Source of the DNA: Macrostomum lignano
Lineage: Eukaryota
NCBI GenBank assembly: GCA_002269645.1
Contig: NIVC01002498.1
Coordinates: 1-64,000, forward strand
Length of the DNA stretch: 64,000 bases
Reading direction: 5' to 3'
Below the pieces are notes generated by a model that was not told the DNA's origin, did not search any database, and was given only the letters and a program-made list of their open reading frames with translations. Shown here piece after piece: positions 1 through 12,900 of the stretch (the first letter of the stretch is position 1; each line of letters opens with the position of its first letter). A program made the position numbers and the translations under genes.

Positions 1-1344
1 ATTTGTTTAAATGGCTTTATTACAAGCTTAAAACATAGAAAGCTTGAAATTTATGCTTAAAAATAAACTTTTTTCATCTTTTCTATTTCACAATAACTTT
101 TCTATGGATTCTTTAAAGTGCATGCTAGGTGTGTATATATGCACATTATTTTCTTAGGAGCAATGCATACCAACTGTGCATGCCTTTTTTGGTATGGGCA
201 AGGCCAATGCATGCCTGAATTTTTTGTGCATATACTGCTGCTGCATGATTCAGAGTGTGGCTTGAGCTAGCTGCATTGCTATTATGAAGCTTTAAAGGAC
301 CCAAAGGCTGGCTAGTGAGGCTTTGCAGGCTGCATGTGGTCCATGGGCTAGATTTTGCCAACCCTAAAAAATTGGGCATATATTGGCCTTGCATACCAAA
401 AGTTAAGTATGCACAATTGGCATATATGATTCCTAAAAAAGTGTATCACTAAACAAAACAAAAGAATATTTGTTTAATTGCATAGAAGAGTTAGTGTTAA
501 GTGGAAAAATGATTTGAAAAGTTGATCTTTGAGTGTAAATTTCAAGTTTTCTGGTTTTTAAGGCTTGTAAAAAAGCAATTAAACAAATTTTGTACATATT
601 GATTTTCTGTTATAAATAATAAAAGCAAGAAAGATAAAAATCAACCAAATTAATAGCCAAAAGGATCCTTTACACAATGCAAAGTAGATCATTTATTGTT
701 GCAACATTAGCCTAGATTTAAGAGTGTGGGCCTGCACTTAATTTTTTGGCATGCATTTATATTTCTTCAATTTTTGTTTGGGCATGCACCCATTATGATT
801 CAGACTATAGCTGGCAACAAGGACAAAGTTGTATGATTTTTCCACATTTAAACTTGTAGAAATTAAATTTTTCTTATATTTTTAATAATTTTATATTTTG
901 CTTTATCTGGGCAAGCAAAAAATATATTCCCATGTGTCACAAATAAAAATAGCCAAGTTAATCCCTAGAATTATATATTTCTATGAATATGACCAATATT
1001 TTCTAAGAAACCAATGCTTTTTAAAAATATATTTTATCTTATTTTCTTCAACTTTACTTGTATTGCTTTGTTGTCCCTAGATAATAACAAGTTTAAATAT
1101 ATAGAATTATATCTACAATAATTAACTAAAGTAAGCAATACAAAAAAGTTTTACTATAAAAAATGTTTTGTAAAAAAACTAGTTCTTCATTTAGACAAGT
1201 TAGTTTTGTAAAATGGTTTTGTATCTCAATAATAAAATGGTAAAATTAGATTAATAAAACATTCTTTGTTGATGAACCTGTTAAGCTTACTTTAACTATT
1301 GATAAATTCAGTTTTAATTTTTTGCTTAAATTTTGACATTGACT

Positions 1345-1649
1345 AAGAGCCTGTCAACTGAAGCTCATAAAGTGGAGCCCAAGTAACCTATATATATATA
1401 AATGATGTGTCATTCTGCTCACAGTGACACCAGGAAGCTGGATTTGTCAAAAAGTGAAGAAAGTTGGACTTGGGATAAGTAAGAATAAGGAAGGGGATAA
1501 TTGGGAATATTATATCAACTTAAGCTCAAAAAGTTGAGTCTGTAATTATCCCCTTGCTTATTCTCACTTATCCCAAGTCTAACCTTCATATCATTTGTGT
1601 ACATAGGTTACTCGGGCTCCTGTTTATGAGCTTCAGTTGACAAGCTCTT
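1345..1649. mobile_element. Foldback/MITE-like element, nested inverted repeats
   Basis: Outer arms AAGAGCCTGTCAACTGAAGCTCATAAAGTGGAGCCCAAGTAACCTAT (1345-1391) and reverse complement (about 1603-1649). Inner arms about 1461-1502 and 1544-1586. Small central hairpin TCAACTT..AAGTTGA. Confidence 0.7.
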
Positions 1650-1920
1650 TGGTATAGCCTGACACCTATCTAAAAATTTATCTCATGTGGAAGAGCATTG
1701 TGTGCAACACCAGTGGCATAAAATTATAGTGCAATATTGTAGATTGTAACCATATGTAACCATAAACTTTGTTCCTTGTATTTTTAACAATAGAAATTAA
1801 GCAGAAGTTTTTATAGTTTTTTAAGAGTTTATTCACTTACTTACAAGTTGTAAACGAGATTATTAAACATAAAAATAAAGATATTGACCAAATTTTTCTC
1901 CAGCCCTTGACAGCAGCTTA

Positions 1921-3254
1921 ATGTCAGAGGGCCACCAACCTCTGCTCCGCAGCAGCAGCAGCCGCAGCCTCAGCCACAGCAGCACTATGGCTATCCCCAG
2001 GCCACTCCGCCAAGATCTCAGGGACCGCCATTTTCCCATGCTGACATGTCTGGCGGCTACCCGCAGCAGCCGGGCCAGATGTACCCGCCTCAGCACCAGG
2101 GCTACCCTGGCCACGGCTACTATGGCGGACCTCCTGGCCAGCAGCAGCCCTACCAGCTGCCGCCTGAAGCTTCGGCAGGCCAGTACAATGCTAATCCGCA
2201 GATGATGCAGATGCCCTACGGACAGCAGCACCAGATGCAGAAGCAGCCATATCATCAGCAGCAGATGTACCCTGGTCAGCAAATGCAGCCTCCCTACCAG
2301 CAGTTTGGGCAGCAGCCGCCTGTGAGCCAGCAGCAGCAACAGTATGCTCAGCAAGTACATGGTGGCCAGCAGGGCCAGGAGCAGCAACAGCAGCAACAAC
2401 AACAGCAACAGCAGCCATCTCCGCAGCCTCCACCATCACCGCAGCAACAACAGCAACAGCAACAGCAGCAGCAGCAGCAACCGCAGTCTCAGCCGTCGCC
2501 AGCATCGCAGCAGATGCCGCCACCAGCCGCGCCTCCGCCGCTGCCGCAGTCGTCGCAGCAGTCCTCTGTTGCTTCTTCCGATGGCCAACAGTCGGCGGCT
2601 GGCGGCCCGCAGCCTCACTACAGCTATGCTCAGACTATGCAGCCAAGGCCTCAGGCTGTGCCAGCACCTGGCCCGCAGTTTGCCCATCCTGGCGGTGCCG
2701 GCGGTGGTCCCTTCGGCCCGGGCCCCGACATGCCAGGCGGCGGATACATGCAGCAGCAGCAGCCGGGCCCTCAGATGTACCCTCCACCCCACCAGGGCTA
2801 CCACATGCCACAGTCAAGTCACGGCTACTACGGAGGTCCCCAGGGCCAGCAACAGTACCCTGGCACCGCTGAGCCGCCTGTTAGCCATGCTCAAATGATG
2901 CAGCAGCACCAGATGCAGTACATGCAGTCCCAGCATCAGCAGCCGCCTCATCAGATGCAGAAGCAGCAATATCATCAGCCGCAACAGATGTACCCTGGCC
3001 AGCAGATGCAGCCTCCCTACCAACAGTTCGGCCCTCAATCGTCTGCGCCTCCGTCCATGCAGCCGCCGCAGCAACAGCAGCAGCAGCAACCCCAATATTT
3101 TCAGCAGGTTCCGAACAATCAAATGCCGACTTCCCAGCAGTCCCAGCCGCAACAGGCGCAGGTGCCTCCGCAGGTTTCGCAGCAGCGCCCGCAAACGCCT
3201 CAGTCGCAGCAGCAGCCTCCTTCATCGCCTCAGCAGGCACAGCAGCCTGGCAAT

Positions 3255-3292
<38 letters not shown>

Positions 3293-4128
3293 GCAGTCGC
3301 AGCCGTCCCCAGCGTCTCAGCAGATGCCGCCACCCGCAGCTCCGCCGCCTCTGCCGACCTCGGCTGCTCAACCGATGCCTCCTCAGTCTCCGCAACAGCA
3401 GCAACAGCCGCCAGTGTCAAATTCGGACAGTCAGCAACCCACAGCTACTCAGCAGCCGCAGCCGCAGCAGCAGCACTTCGGCTATCCTCAGGCTACACCG
3501 CCAAGATCCCAGGGACCGCCGTTTGGCCCTGCGACTGCCGAGCTTGCAGGCGGCTACCCTCAGCAGCAGCCAGGCCCCCAGATGTACCCCCTCCGCACCA
3601 GGGCTACCCAATGCCTGGCCAGGGCTACTATGGCGGGCCTCCTGGCCAGCAGCAGCCCTACCAGCTACCGCCTGCCGAGCCGCCGGCCGGCCCGTTCAGC
3701 AGCAGCCAGCTGATGCAGCTCAGGGCCCAGATCAACGCCTACAAGAACCTCAGCCGCAACCTGCCTCTGCCAGATCAGCTGCGCGTGCAGGCGCTCGGCT
3801 CCTCCCTCTCCCGCCCTGTGCCCCCCTGCATCGCCGGCATTCTGTCCGGCTCGGGCGACGCCCCCGCGCCCGACCTTCCTCCCGGTGGTCGTCAAGGCTC
3901 TCCGATGCCGCCTCGCCAGCAGCCGCAGCCGCCTACGGATACCCCAACCAAGCTGCCGACATCCGGGGCGGCCGCGACCTCGTCGCAGCAACAGCAGCAG
4001 CCGCTGTCCAGCCTCATCACCACGCCTGTTTCTCCCGCCCAGCCGCAGTCGCAAGCGTCTGAGATGCAAGCGGCTTCCGTTGCGTCTGACATCCCAGCCG
4101 GAAGCTCCGCGTCCGTCTCTAATTCCCT

Positions 4129-4159
<31 letters not shown>

Positions 4160-6936
4160 ATGCACCCCAATGCGCCTCGAGCGATGACTCCGCCAACGAT
4201 GCAGCATCCGCATCATCCGCTGCATCACCAGCATCCGTACGGACACCCGCCGCCACCTCAGGCGCCGCCGCCGCCAGTCCTGATGTACCAGCAGCGGCCG
4301 GGCACAACCATCCGCCCGCCAGCTGTGGATCCCGTCGAGCTGCTGCGGGATCGGGAGCAGCGACTCCAGTGCCGCGTTGCCGGCCGCATCTCCGAACTCG
4401 AGGAGCAGTCAGCTGGGGTCTCCGAGGAGCAGAAATTGAAGCTGCAGATCGAGCTGCGCGCGCTCCGCCTGCTGGGCCTGCAGCGCCAGCTGCGCAGCGA
4501 CTTCGTGTCGACAATTCGCCGGGACACCACGCTGGAGACGGCGCTGAACGCCAAGGCCTACAGGCGGCCCAAGAAGCAGACGCTGCGGGAAGCCCGCGGC
4601 ACGGAGAGGCTGGAGAAGCAGCGCCGACTCGAGGCCGAGAAGCGGCGCCGGCAGCGGCACCAGGAGTGCCTGAACGCCATCCTGGCGCACGCCAAGGAGT
4701 TCCGCGAACACTATCGCAGCGTGAACTCCAAGATGTTCAAGCTGAACAAGGCCGTGCTGGCCTGGCACGCCAACACCGAGCGGGAGGCGCGCAAGGAGCG
4801 CGAGCGGATCGAACGGGAGCGAATGCGCCGGCTGATGGCCGAGGACGAGAAAGGCTACCGCGAGCTCATCGACAAGCAGAAGGACCAGCGGCTGCACTAC
4901 CTGCTCGAGCAGACTGACGAGTTCACGGCCAACCTGTCCAAGCTGGTCAAGGATCACAAGCGGGAACGCCAGGCCGTGAAGAAGTCCGAGAAGCGGGAGA
5001 AGCTGCGCGAGCACCAGGCAGCTCTCCTGACTGCTGTGCTCAACGCCGGCGAGACCGTCCGCGTCGCCGTGCTGAACCCGTCCACCGGAGAGCGGCTGAC
5101 CGGAGAGAACGCGCCGACCTCCCAGGAGCTGGAGCGGTGGCTGGCCGAGCACGAGGGCTGGCTCATTCTGCCCATCGATTCCGACGGTACACCCAGGCCT
5201 GATCTTGTCGAGGACATGGTGGTCGAGGAGGACTACGAGCACGAAGATCACGACACCGACATCCACACCATCCAGGGCACCGAGGACGACGACTACCACC
5301 AGCAGCAGAGCTACTACGGCAGCGCCCACAGCGTCCGCGAGAGAATCGTTGAACAGGCCAGCATCTTGGTTAACGGCCGGCTGAAGGAGTACCAGCTGAA
5401 GGGGCTGCAGTGGCTGGTGTCGCTTTATAATAATAACTTGAACGGCATTCTAGCTGACGAGATGGGATTGGGTGAGTTCTTGTTGTATCCTGAGCTTTTT
5501 CATTTGCTCATATCCTGTGCCTAGATTTTTCTAATCCGCTTATATCTTGTGCCTAGATTTTTCTAATCCGCTTATATCCTGTGCCTAGATTTTTCTAATC
5601 CGCTTATATCTTGTGCCTAGATTTAGCTAATCCGCTCATATCTTGTGCCTATATTTAGCTAATCCGCTTATATCTTGTGCCTAGATTTTTCTAATCCGCT
5701 TATATCCTGTGCCTAGATTTTTCTAATCCGCTCATATCTTGTGCCTATATTTAGCTAATCCGCTTATATCTTGTGCCTAGATTTAGCTAATCCGCTTATA
5801 TCTTGCGCCTAGATTTAGCTAATCCGCTCATATCTTGTGCCTAGATTTAGCTAATCCGCTTATATCTTGCGCCTAGATTTAGCTAATCCGCTCATATCCT
5901 GTGTCTAGCTTTGGCTAATCTGCTCAGATTTCCACTTTCACCAGTCTCACTACATCCCGCCCGCAGGCAAGACCATCCAGACCATCGCCCTGATTACCTA
6001 CCTGATGGAGAGGAAGAAGGAGAACGGGCCTTACCTGATCATTGTGCCGCTGTCAACCATGTCCAACTGGGACCTCGAGTTTGACAAGTGGGCGCCATCG
6101 GTCAAGAAGATTCTGTACAAGGGCTCGCCGCAGCACCGGCGCTCGCTGCAGTACCACCTGAAGGGCTCAAAGTTCAACGTGCTGCTCACCACCTACGAGT
6201 ACATCATGAAGGACAAAACGGCCCTGTCCAAGATCAAGTGGAAGTACATGATCATCGACGAGGGCCATCGGATGAAGAATCATCACTGCAAGCTCACCTG
6301 CGTGCTCAACTCCTACTATACTGCACCCTACCGCCTGCTGCTGACCGGCACTCCGTTGCAGAACAAGCTGCCCGAATTGTGGGCCCTCATGAACTTCTTG
6401 CTGCCCTCTGTGTTCTCCTCTGTGACCACTTTTGAGCAGTGGTTCAATGCGCCGTTTGCTACTACGGGTGAGTTGATTTGCTATGTGGATCGGCTTATTT
6501 AGTGATTGGGATATTGACTTGATTGTTGTGTTTGTTGGTAAATTGTTTGTCAAAATGATTGATAGCTGTATTTATTGACTGATTGATTGACTGATTGATT
6601 GATTGATTGATTGATTGTTGTCTGATTGATTGATTGATTGTTGTCTGATTAACTAATAGCTCTTATGATTGATTGATTGACTGATTAATTGATTGATTGA
6701 CTGATAGCTGTACTGATTGATTAATTGTTATCTGATTGATTGATTTATTTATTGTTGTCTGATTAACTAATAGCTCTTCTGATTGATAGATTGCTAGCTG
6801 TATTGATTGATTAATTTATTGATTGTCTGGTTGATTAATCGATTGTCTCATTGATTAATTGATTGATTGTCTGGTTGATTAATCGATTGTCTCATTGATT
6901 AATTGATTGATTGTCTGATTGATTGATTTCCTGATT

Positions 6937-6971
<35 letters not shown>

Positions 6972-9900
6972 GCAAACTACAAATCAGACACACTGATTTC
7001 GCAGGTGAGAAGGTTGAGCTGAACCAGGAGGAGACTCTGCTCATTATCCGCCGCCTGCACAAGGTGCTTCGGCCGTTCCTGCTACGCCGACTCAAGAAGG
7101 AGGTGGAGTCGCAGCTGCCCGACAAGGTTGAGTACGTGATCAAGTGCGATATGAGCGCCCTGCAGCGGACTCTGTACAATCACATGAGCCAGAAGGGCGT
7201 CATTCTCACTGACGGCTCCGAGAAGGACAAGAAGGTGACTGCTTGCTCGCTGATTTGCCGCTGTCTCGGGGGGGGCGTATTCTAATTTAGTGACCAACAG
7301 TCCTTCTCGTCCTGCGGCTCGCCTGACATCTGTGTTAGAGGCGACTCGATTCACCGAGAAGGCACAGCAATTTTATGTTTCTTTAATCAGTGGCTCTGCT
7401 CACAGTGATGTACTACTAATCCAATGTAACTCACTGACTTACTGAGCTGCTGGACAAAACAATTTGTAATTTTCTAAAGAGGAATAATCATATTTCTTTT
7501 AAGCTCATTGTCTCAAATCCTGAGTCATGTTTTTTAAATTTAATCCTTGGATTCTTGCTTATCTAATCATGGGATTCTCATATCCCTAATCCTAGGATTC
7601 TTATATCCCTAATCCTGATACTCTTATCCCTAATCCCGAGACTCTTTTATCCCTAATCCTGAGATTCTCATATCCCCAACCCTCGGATTCTCGTATCCCT
7701 AATCCTGGGATTCTCATATCCCTAATCCTAGGATTCTTATATCCCTAATCCTGAGATTTTCGTATCCCTAATCCTGGGATTCTCATATCCCTAATCCTAG
7801 GATTCTTATATCCCTAATCCTGAGATTTTCTTATCCCTAATCCTGAGATTTTCTTATCCCTAATCCTGAGATTTTCATATCCCTATTCCTGAGATTTTCT
7901 TATCCCTAATCCTGAGATTTTCGTATCCCTAATCCTGAGATTTTCGTATCCCTAATCCTGAGATTTTCATATCCCTAATCCTGAGATTTTCATATCCCTA
8001 ATCCTGACATTTTCGTATCCCTAATCCTGAGATTTTCATATCCCTATTCCTGAGATTTTCATATCCCTAATCCTGAGATTTTCGTATCCCTATTCCTGAG
8101 ATTTTCATATCCCTATTCCTGAGATTTTCGTATCCCTATTCCTGAGATTTTCTTATCCCTAATCCCGGGATTCTTATATTATCAAACCTGCAGTCTTGAG
8201 CAAATTGCAGAGATTTAGTTTCGACTACAACGCAAAATTTTGAGCAATTATAAATATTCAATATTTATCAATGAAAAACTGAATCGCCAATCGCTACCGC
8301 CCCCCCCCCTACACGCACACGCAGGGCAAAGGCGGAGTCCGCACCCTGATGAACACCATCATGCAGCTGCGCAAGATCTGCAACCACCCGTTCCTGTTCC
8401 CGCACATCGAGGACGCCATCACCGAGCAGAAGGGCAGCGTGCCAATCAGCGGCGTTGATCTGTTTCGCTCGTCTGGCAAGTTCGAGCTGCTGGACCGGAT
8501 CCTGCCCAAGCTGAAGGCCACCAAGCACCGGGTGCTCATCTTCTGCCAGATGACCGCCCTCATGACCATCATGCAGGACTACTTTGATCACAAGGGATTT
8601 AAGTACCTGCGGCTTGATGGCACCACCAAGGCTGAGGACAGGGGCTCCCTGCTGCAGGTGATTGCCTCCTAGTCTCTTGTCTCTGATCCCTAGTCTCGTG
8701 TCTCTGATCCCTAGTCTCTTGTCTCTGATCCCTAGTCTCGTGTCTCTGATCCCTAGTCTCGTGTCTCTGATCCCTAGTCTCTTGTCTCTGATCCCTAGTC
8801 TCGTGTCTCTGATCCCTAGTCTCTTGTCTCTGATCCCTAGTCTCGTGTCTCTGATCCCTAGTCTCTTGTCTCTGATCCCTAGTCTCTTGTCTCTGATCCC
8901 TAGTCTCGTGTCTCTGATCCCTAGTCTCTTGTCTCTGATCCCTAGTCTCTTGTCTCTGATCCCTAGTCTCTTGTCTCTGATCCCTAGTCTCGTGTCTCTG
9001 ATCCCTAGTCTCGTGTCTCTGATCCCTAGTCTCTTGTCTCTGATCCCTAGTCTCGTGTCTCTGATCCCTAGTCTCTTGTCTCTGATCCCTAGTCTCGTGT
9101 CTCTGATCCCTAGTCTCGTGTCTCTGATCCCTAGTCTCTTGTCTCTGATCCCTAGTCTCGTGTCTCTGATCCCTAGTCTCTTGTCTCTGATCTCTAGTCT
9201 CGTGTCTCTGAACCCTAGTCTCTTGTCTCTGATCCCAAATCTCTGGACTTCTGTCTTCTGCTAAGCTTTGATCCGAATCGCAGTTTTCATGGCTAATAAC
9301 AGTGGTTTGAAGTAGAATTCTCTGTCTTCAAAATCGAACTTGAAGCTTTGATGAAAAAATAAAATTCTTTATTCTCAAAAAATTCGTTTTTTGGGCCCTT
9401 CTCGTCCTGCGACTCGCCTGACACCCATGAAAGCGGCGACTCGATTCACCGAGAAGGCACAGCAGTTGGAAACTCGCTTTATTTGTTTTCAACCGGCGAA
9501 TTCACCCCAGCAAGCCAGAGCTGACATTGCATCTGTGGCTGGCATTGCTGATTTCTGGGTGGCCTGCTGGACAGATCTCTTGGGATTTGGGTTTTGGTCC
9601 CGAATTTCTAAACTTTGATCCCGAATTTATGTAATTTGATCCCGAATTTATGGCATTAGATCCCGAATTTATGGCATTAGATCCCGAATTTATGGCATTA
9701 GATCCCGAATTTATGGCATTAGATCCCGAATTTATGGCATTAGATCCCGAATTTATGGCATTAGATCCCGAATTTATGGCATTAGATCCCGAATTTATGG
9801 AATTAGATCCCGACTTTATGTGATTTGATCCAGAATTTATGGAATTTAATCCCGAACTTATGGCATTCGATCCCGAATTTATGTAATTTGATCCCGAATT

Positions 9901-12900
9901 TATAGAATTTAATCCCGAATTTATGGAATTTAATCCTAAATTTATGGAATTTGATCCCGAATTTATCTAATTTGATCCCGAAATTATGGAATTTAATCCC
10001 GAATTTATGGAATTTGATCCCGAATTTATCTAATTTGATCCCGAAATTATGGAATTTGATCCCGAATTTATGGAATTTAATCCTAAATTTATGGAATTTG
10101 ATCCCGAATTTATCTAATTTGATCCCGAAATTATGGAATTTAATCCCGAATTTATGGAATTTGATCCCGAATTTATGTAATTTGATCCCGAATTTATGTA
10201 ATTTGATCCCGAATTCATGAGATTTGATCCCGAATTCATGGGATTTGATCCCGAATTAATGAGATTCGATTCCGAATTTATTGATTTTGATCCCAAATCT
10301 CTATGTTTCAATCTCAGATCCCAAATCTCTATGTTTCAATCTCAGATCCCAAACCTCTATGTTTCAATCTCAGATTCCAAACCTCTATGTTTCAATCTCA
10401 GATCCCAAATCTCTATGTTTCAATCTCAGATCCCAAATCTCTATGTTTCAATCTCAGATCCCAAACCTCTATGTTTCAATCTCAGATTCCAAATCTCTAT
10501 GTTTCAATCTCAGATCCCAAATCTCTATGTTTCAATCTCAGATCCCAAATCTCTATGTTTCAATCTCAGATCCCAAATCTCTATGTTTCAATCTCAGATC
10601 CCAAATCTCTATGTTTCAATCTCAGATCCCAGATTTCATAACTTATTCTACAATCTTACCTTGCAATTTTAATTTGACGCCAGGTTTTCAACGACACGGA
10701 GTCTGACTACTTCATCTTCCTGCTGAGCACCCGGGCCGGCGGCCTCGGCCTCAACTTGCAGACGGCTGACACTGTGATCATCTTCGACTCGGACTGGAAC
10801 CCGCACCAGGACCTGCAGGCGCAGGACCGGGCCCACCGCATCGGGCAGAAAAACGAAGTGCGCGTTCTGCGCCTTATCTGCGTGAACTCCGTTGAGGAGC
10901 GAATCCTGGCCGCTGCCAGGTACAAGCTCAACGTTGATGAGAAGGTCATCCAGGCTGGTAAGTTGGGTTGGGGAGAGCAGACCTGAGCACAGCAGACGGA
11001 GGGGCTGATTGGAGGGCTGGATATTGAGTAGGATTGGAGGGCTGGTTATTGAGTAGGATTGGAGGGCTGGGTATTGAGTAGGATTGGAGGGATGGGTATT
11101 GAGTAGGGTTGCAGGGCTGGGTATTGAGTAGGATTGGAGGGCTGGGTATTGAGTAGGGTTGCAGGGCTGGGTATTGAGTAGGATTGGAGGGCTGGGTATT
11201 GAGTAGAATTGGAGGGCTGGGTATTGAGTAGGATTGGAGGGCTGGGTATTGAGTAGGATTGGAGGGCTGGGACTGAGTAGGGTTGGAGGGCTGGGTATTG
11301 AGTAGGATTGGAGGGCTGGGTATTGAGTAGGATTGGAGGGCTGGGTATTGAGTAGGATTGGAGGGCTGGGTATTGAGTAGGATTGGAGGGATGGGTATTG
11401 AGTAGGATTGGAGGGCTGGGTATTGAGTAGAATTGGAGGGCTGGGTATTGAGTAGGATTGGAGGGCTGGGTATTGAGTAGGATTGGAGGGATGGGTATTG
11501 AGTAGGATTGGAGGGCTGGGTATTGAGTAGGATTGGAGGGCTGGGTATTGAGTAGGGTTAAAGGGCTGGGTATCGAGTAGGGTTAAAGGGCTGGGTATTG
11601 AGTAGGGTTGGAGGGCTGGGACTGAGTAGGGTTGCAGGGCAGGCCTGAGTCAATCCTCATCCCAAATCCGTCAGGCATGTTCGACCAGAAGTCAACTGGA
11701 GTGGAGCGGAAGCAGTTCCTCATGGCGCTGCTCGAAGGCGAGAACGACGGCGAACTGGAGGGCCTGGAGATTCACGACGACGAGACGGTGAACCAGATGC
11801 TCGCCCGCACCGAGCAGGAGTACGAAATCTACCAGGCTATGGACAAAGAGCGGCAGCACAACGATGCCATGAACAAAGACCGGAAACCGCGACTCATTAC
11901 TAATGAGGAGCTGCCGCCCTGGATTGTGCGCGACGATGTCCAAGTGAGCGACGGCCTTCCGCTGTTCGGTTTTTTAGGGATCTGGGGGTTCTTTGAGGGA
12001 TCTGATTTATCATTTAGGGATCTGAGGAATCTTTTAGGGATCTGAGGGTTCTTTTAGGGATCTGAGGGTTCTTTTAGGGATCTGAGGGATCTTTTAGGGA
12101 TCTGAGGGTTCTTTTAGGGATCTGAGGGTTCTTTTATGGATCTGAAGGATCTTTTTAGGAATCTTAGGAATCTTTTAGGGATCTGAGGGATCTTTTAGGG
12201 ATCTGAGGGATCTTTTAGGGATCTGAGGGTTCTTTTAAGGATCTGAGGGATCTGAGGGATCTTTTAGGGATCTGAGGGTTCTTTTAAGGATCTGGGGGTT
12301 CTTTTATGGATCTGAGGGATCTTTTAGGGATCTGAGGGATCTTTTAGGGATCTGAGGGATCTTTTAGGGATCTGAGGGATCTTTTAGGGATCTAAGAATT
12401 CTATGGATCCTGTGGCAAAGTGCCACTGGACTGATCTGAGGTTGCTTGGGGGTGTAGGGTTGCGTGGGCACGTTGATTATTGCTTAAGTAGCTTGTATAT
12501 GCACCTCATTGATTGCTCGTCATCACGTGTATCGTGTACTAATGTACGTCGTGCCTATTAAGTATATATACGGAATATATTTTAGGAATATTTTAGGAAT
12601 ATAAAGAATTTTTTTAAGGATCTCCAGGTTCTTTTAAAATCTGGGGATTTTTTATAGATTTGGGATCTTTGGGATTTTTTAACTTTTTGGCGTCTCTGAA
12701 TTTTTCTGGATTTGGCGCCCTGGAAGATTTGGGATACTGAATAATTCTGTGGAAATCTTTTAGCTCTTAGTAATCAGTTTTTAGGATTAGCTAGCGGGAG
12801 CACAATTAGCTGACTTAGCTCATCTCACTGCCAACCCTGCCACCCCCAGGTGGACTCGAGCCTATTCGAGACGGACGAATCCGAGCTGGGATTCGGCGGC

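Noticed and set aside
1863-5329. Antisense and alternative-frame ORFs over SMARCA exon 1, and likewise over stonin, the GPCR and the GRD exon
   Set aside because: Shadow ORFs caused by GC-rich codon usage.
8662-10706. Long repetitive ORFs (SLIPSL.., NLIPN.., [10 protein letters not shown]..)
   Set aside because: They are translations of intronic tandem repeats between well-supported SMARCA exons.
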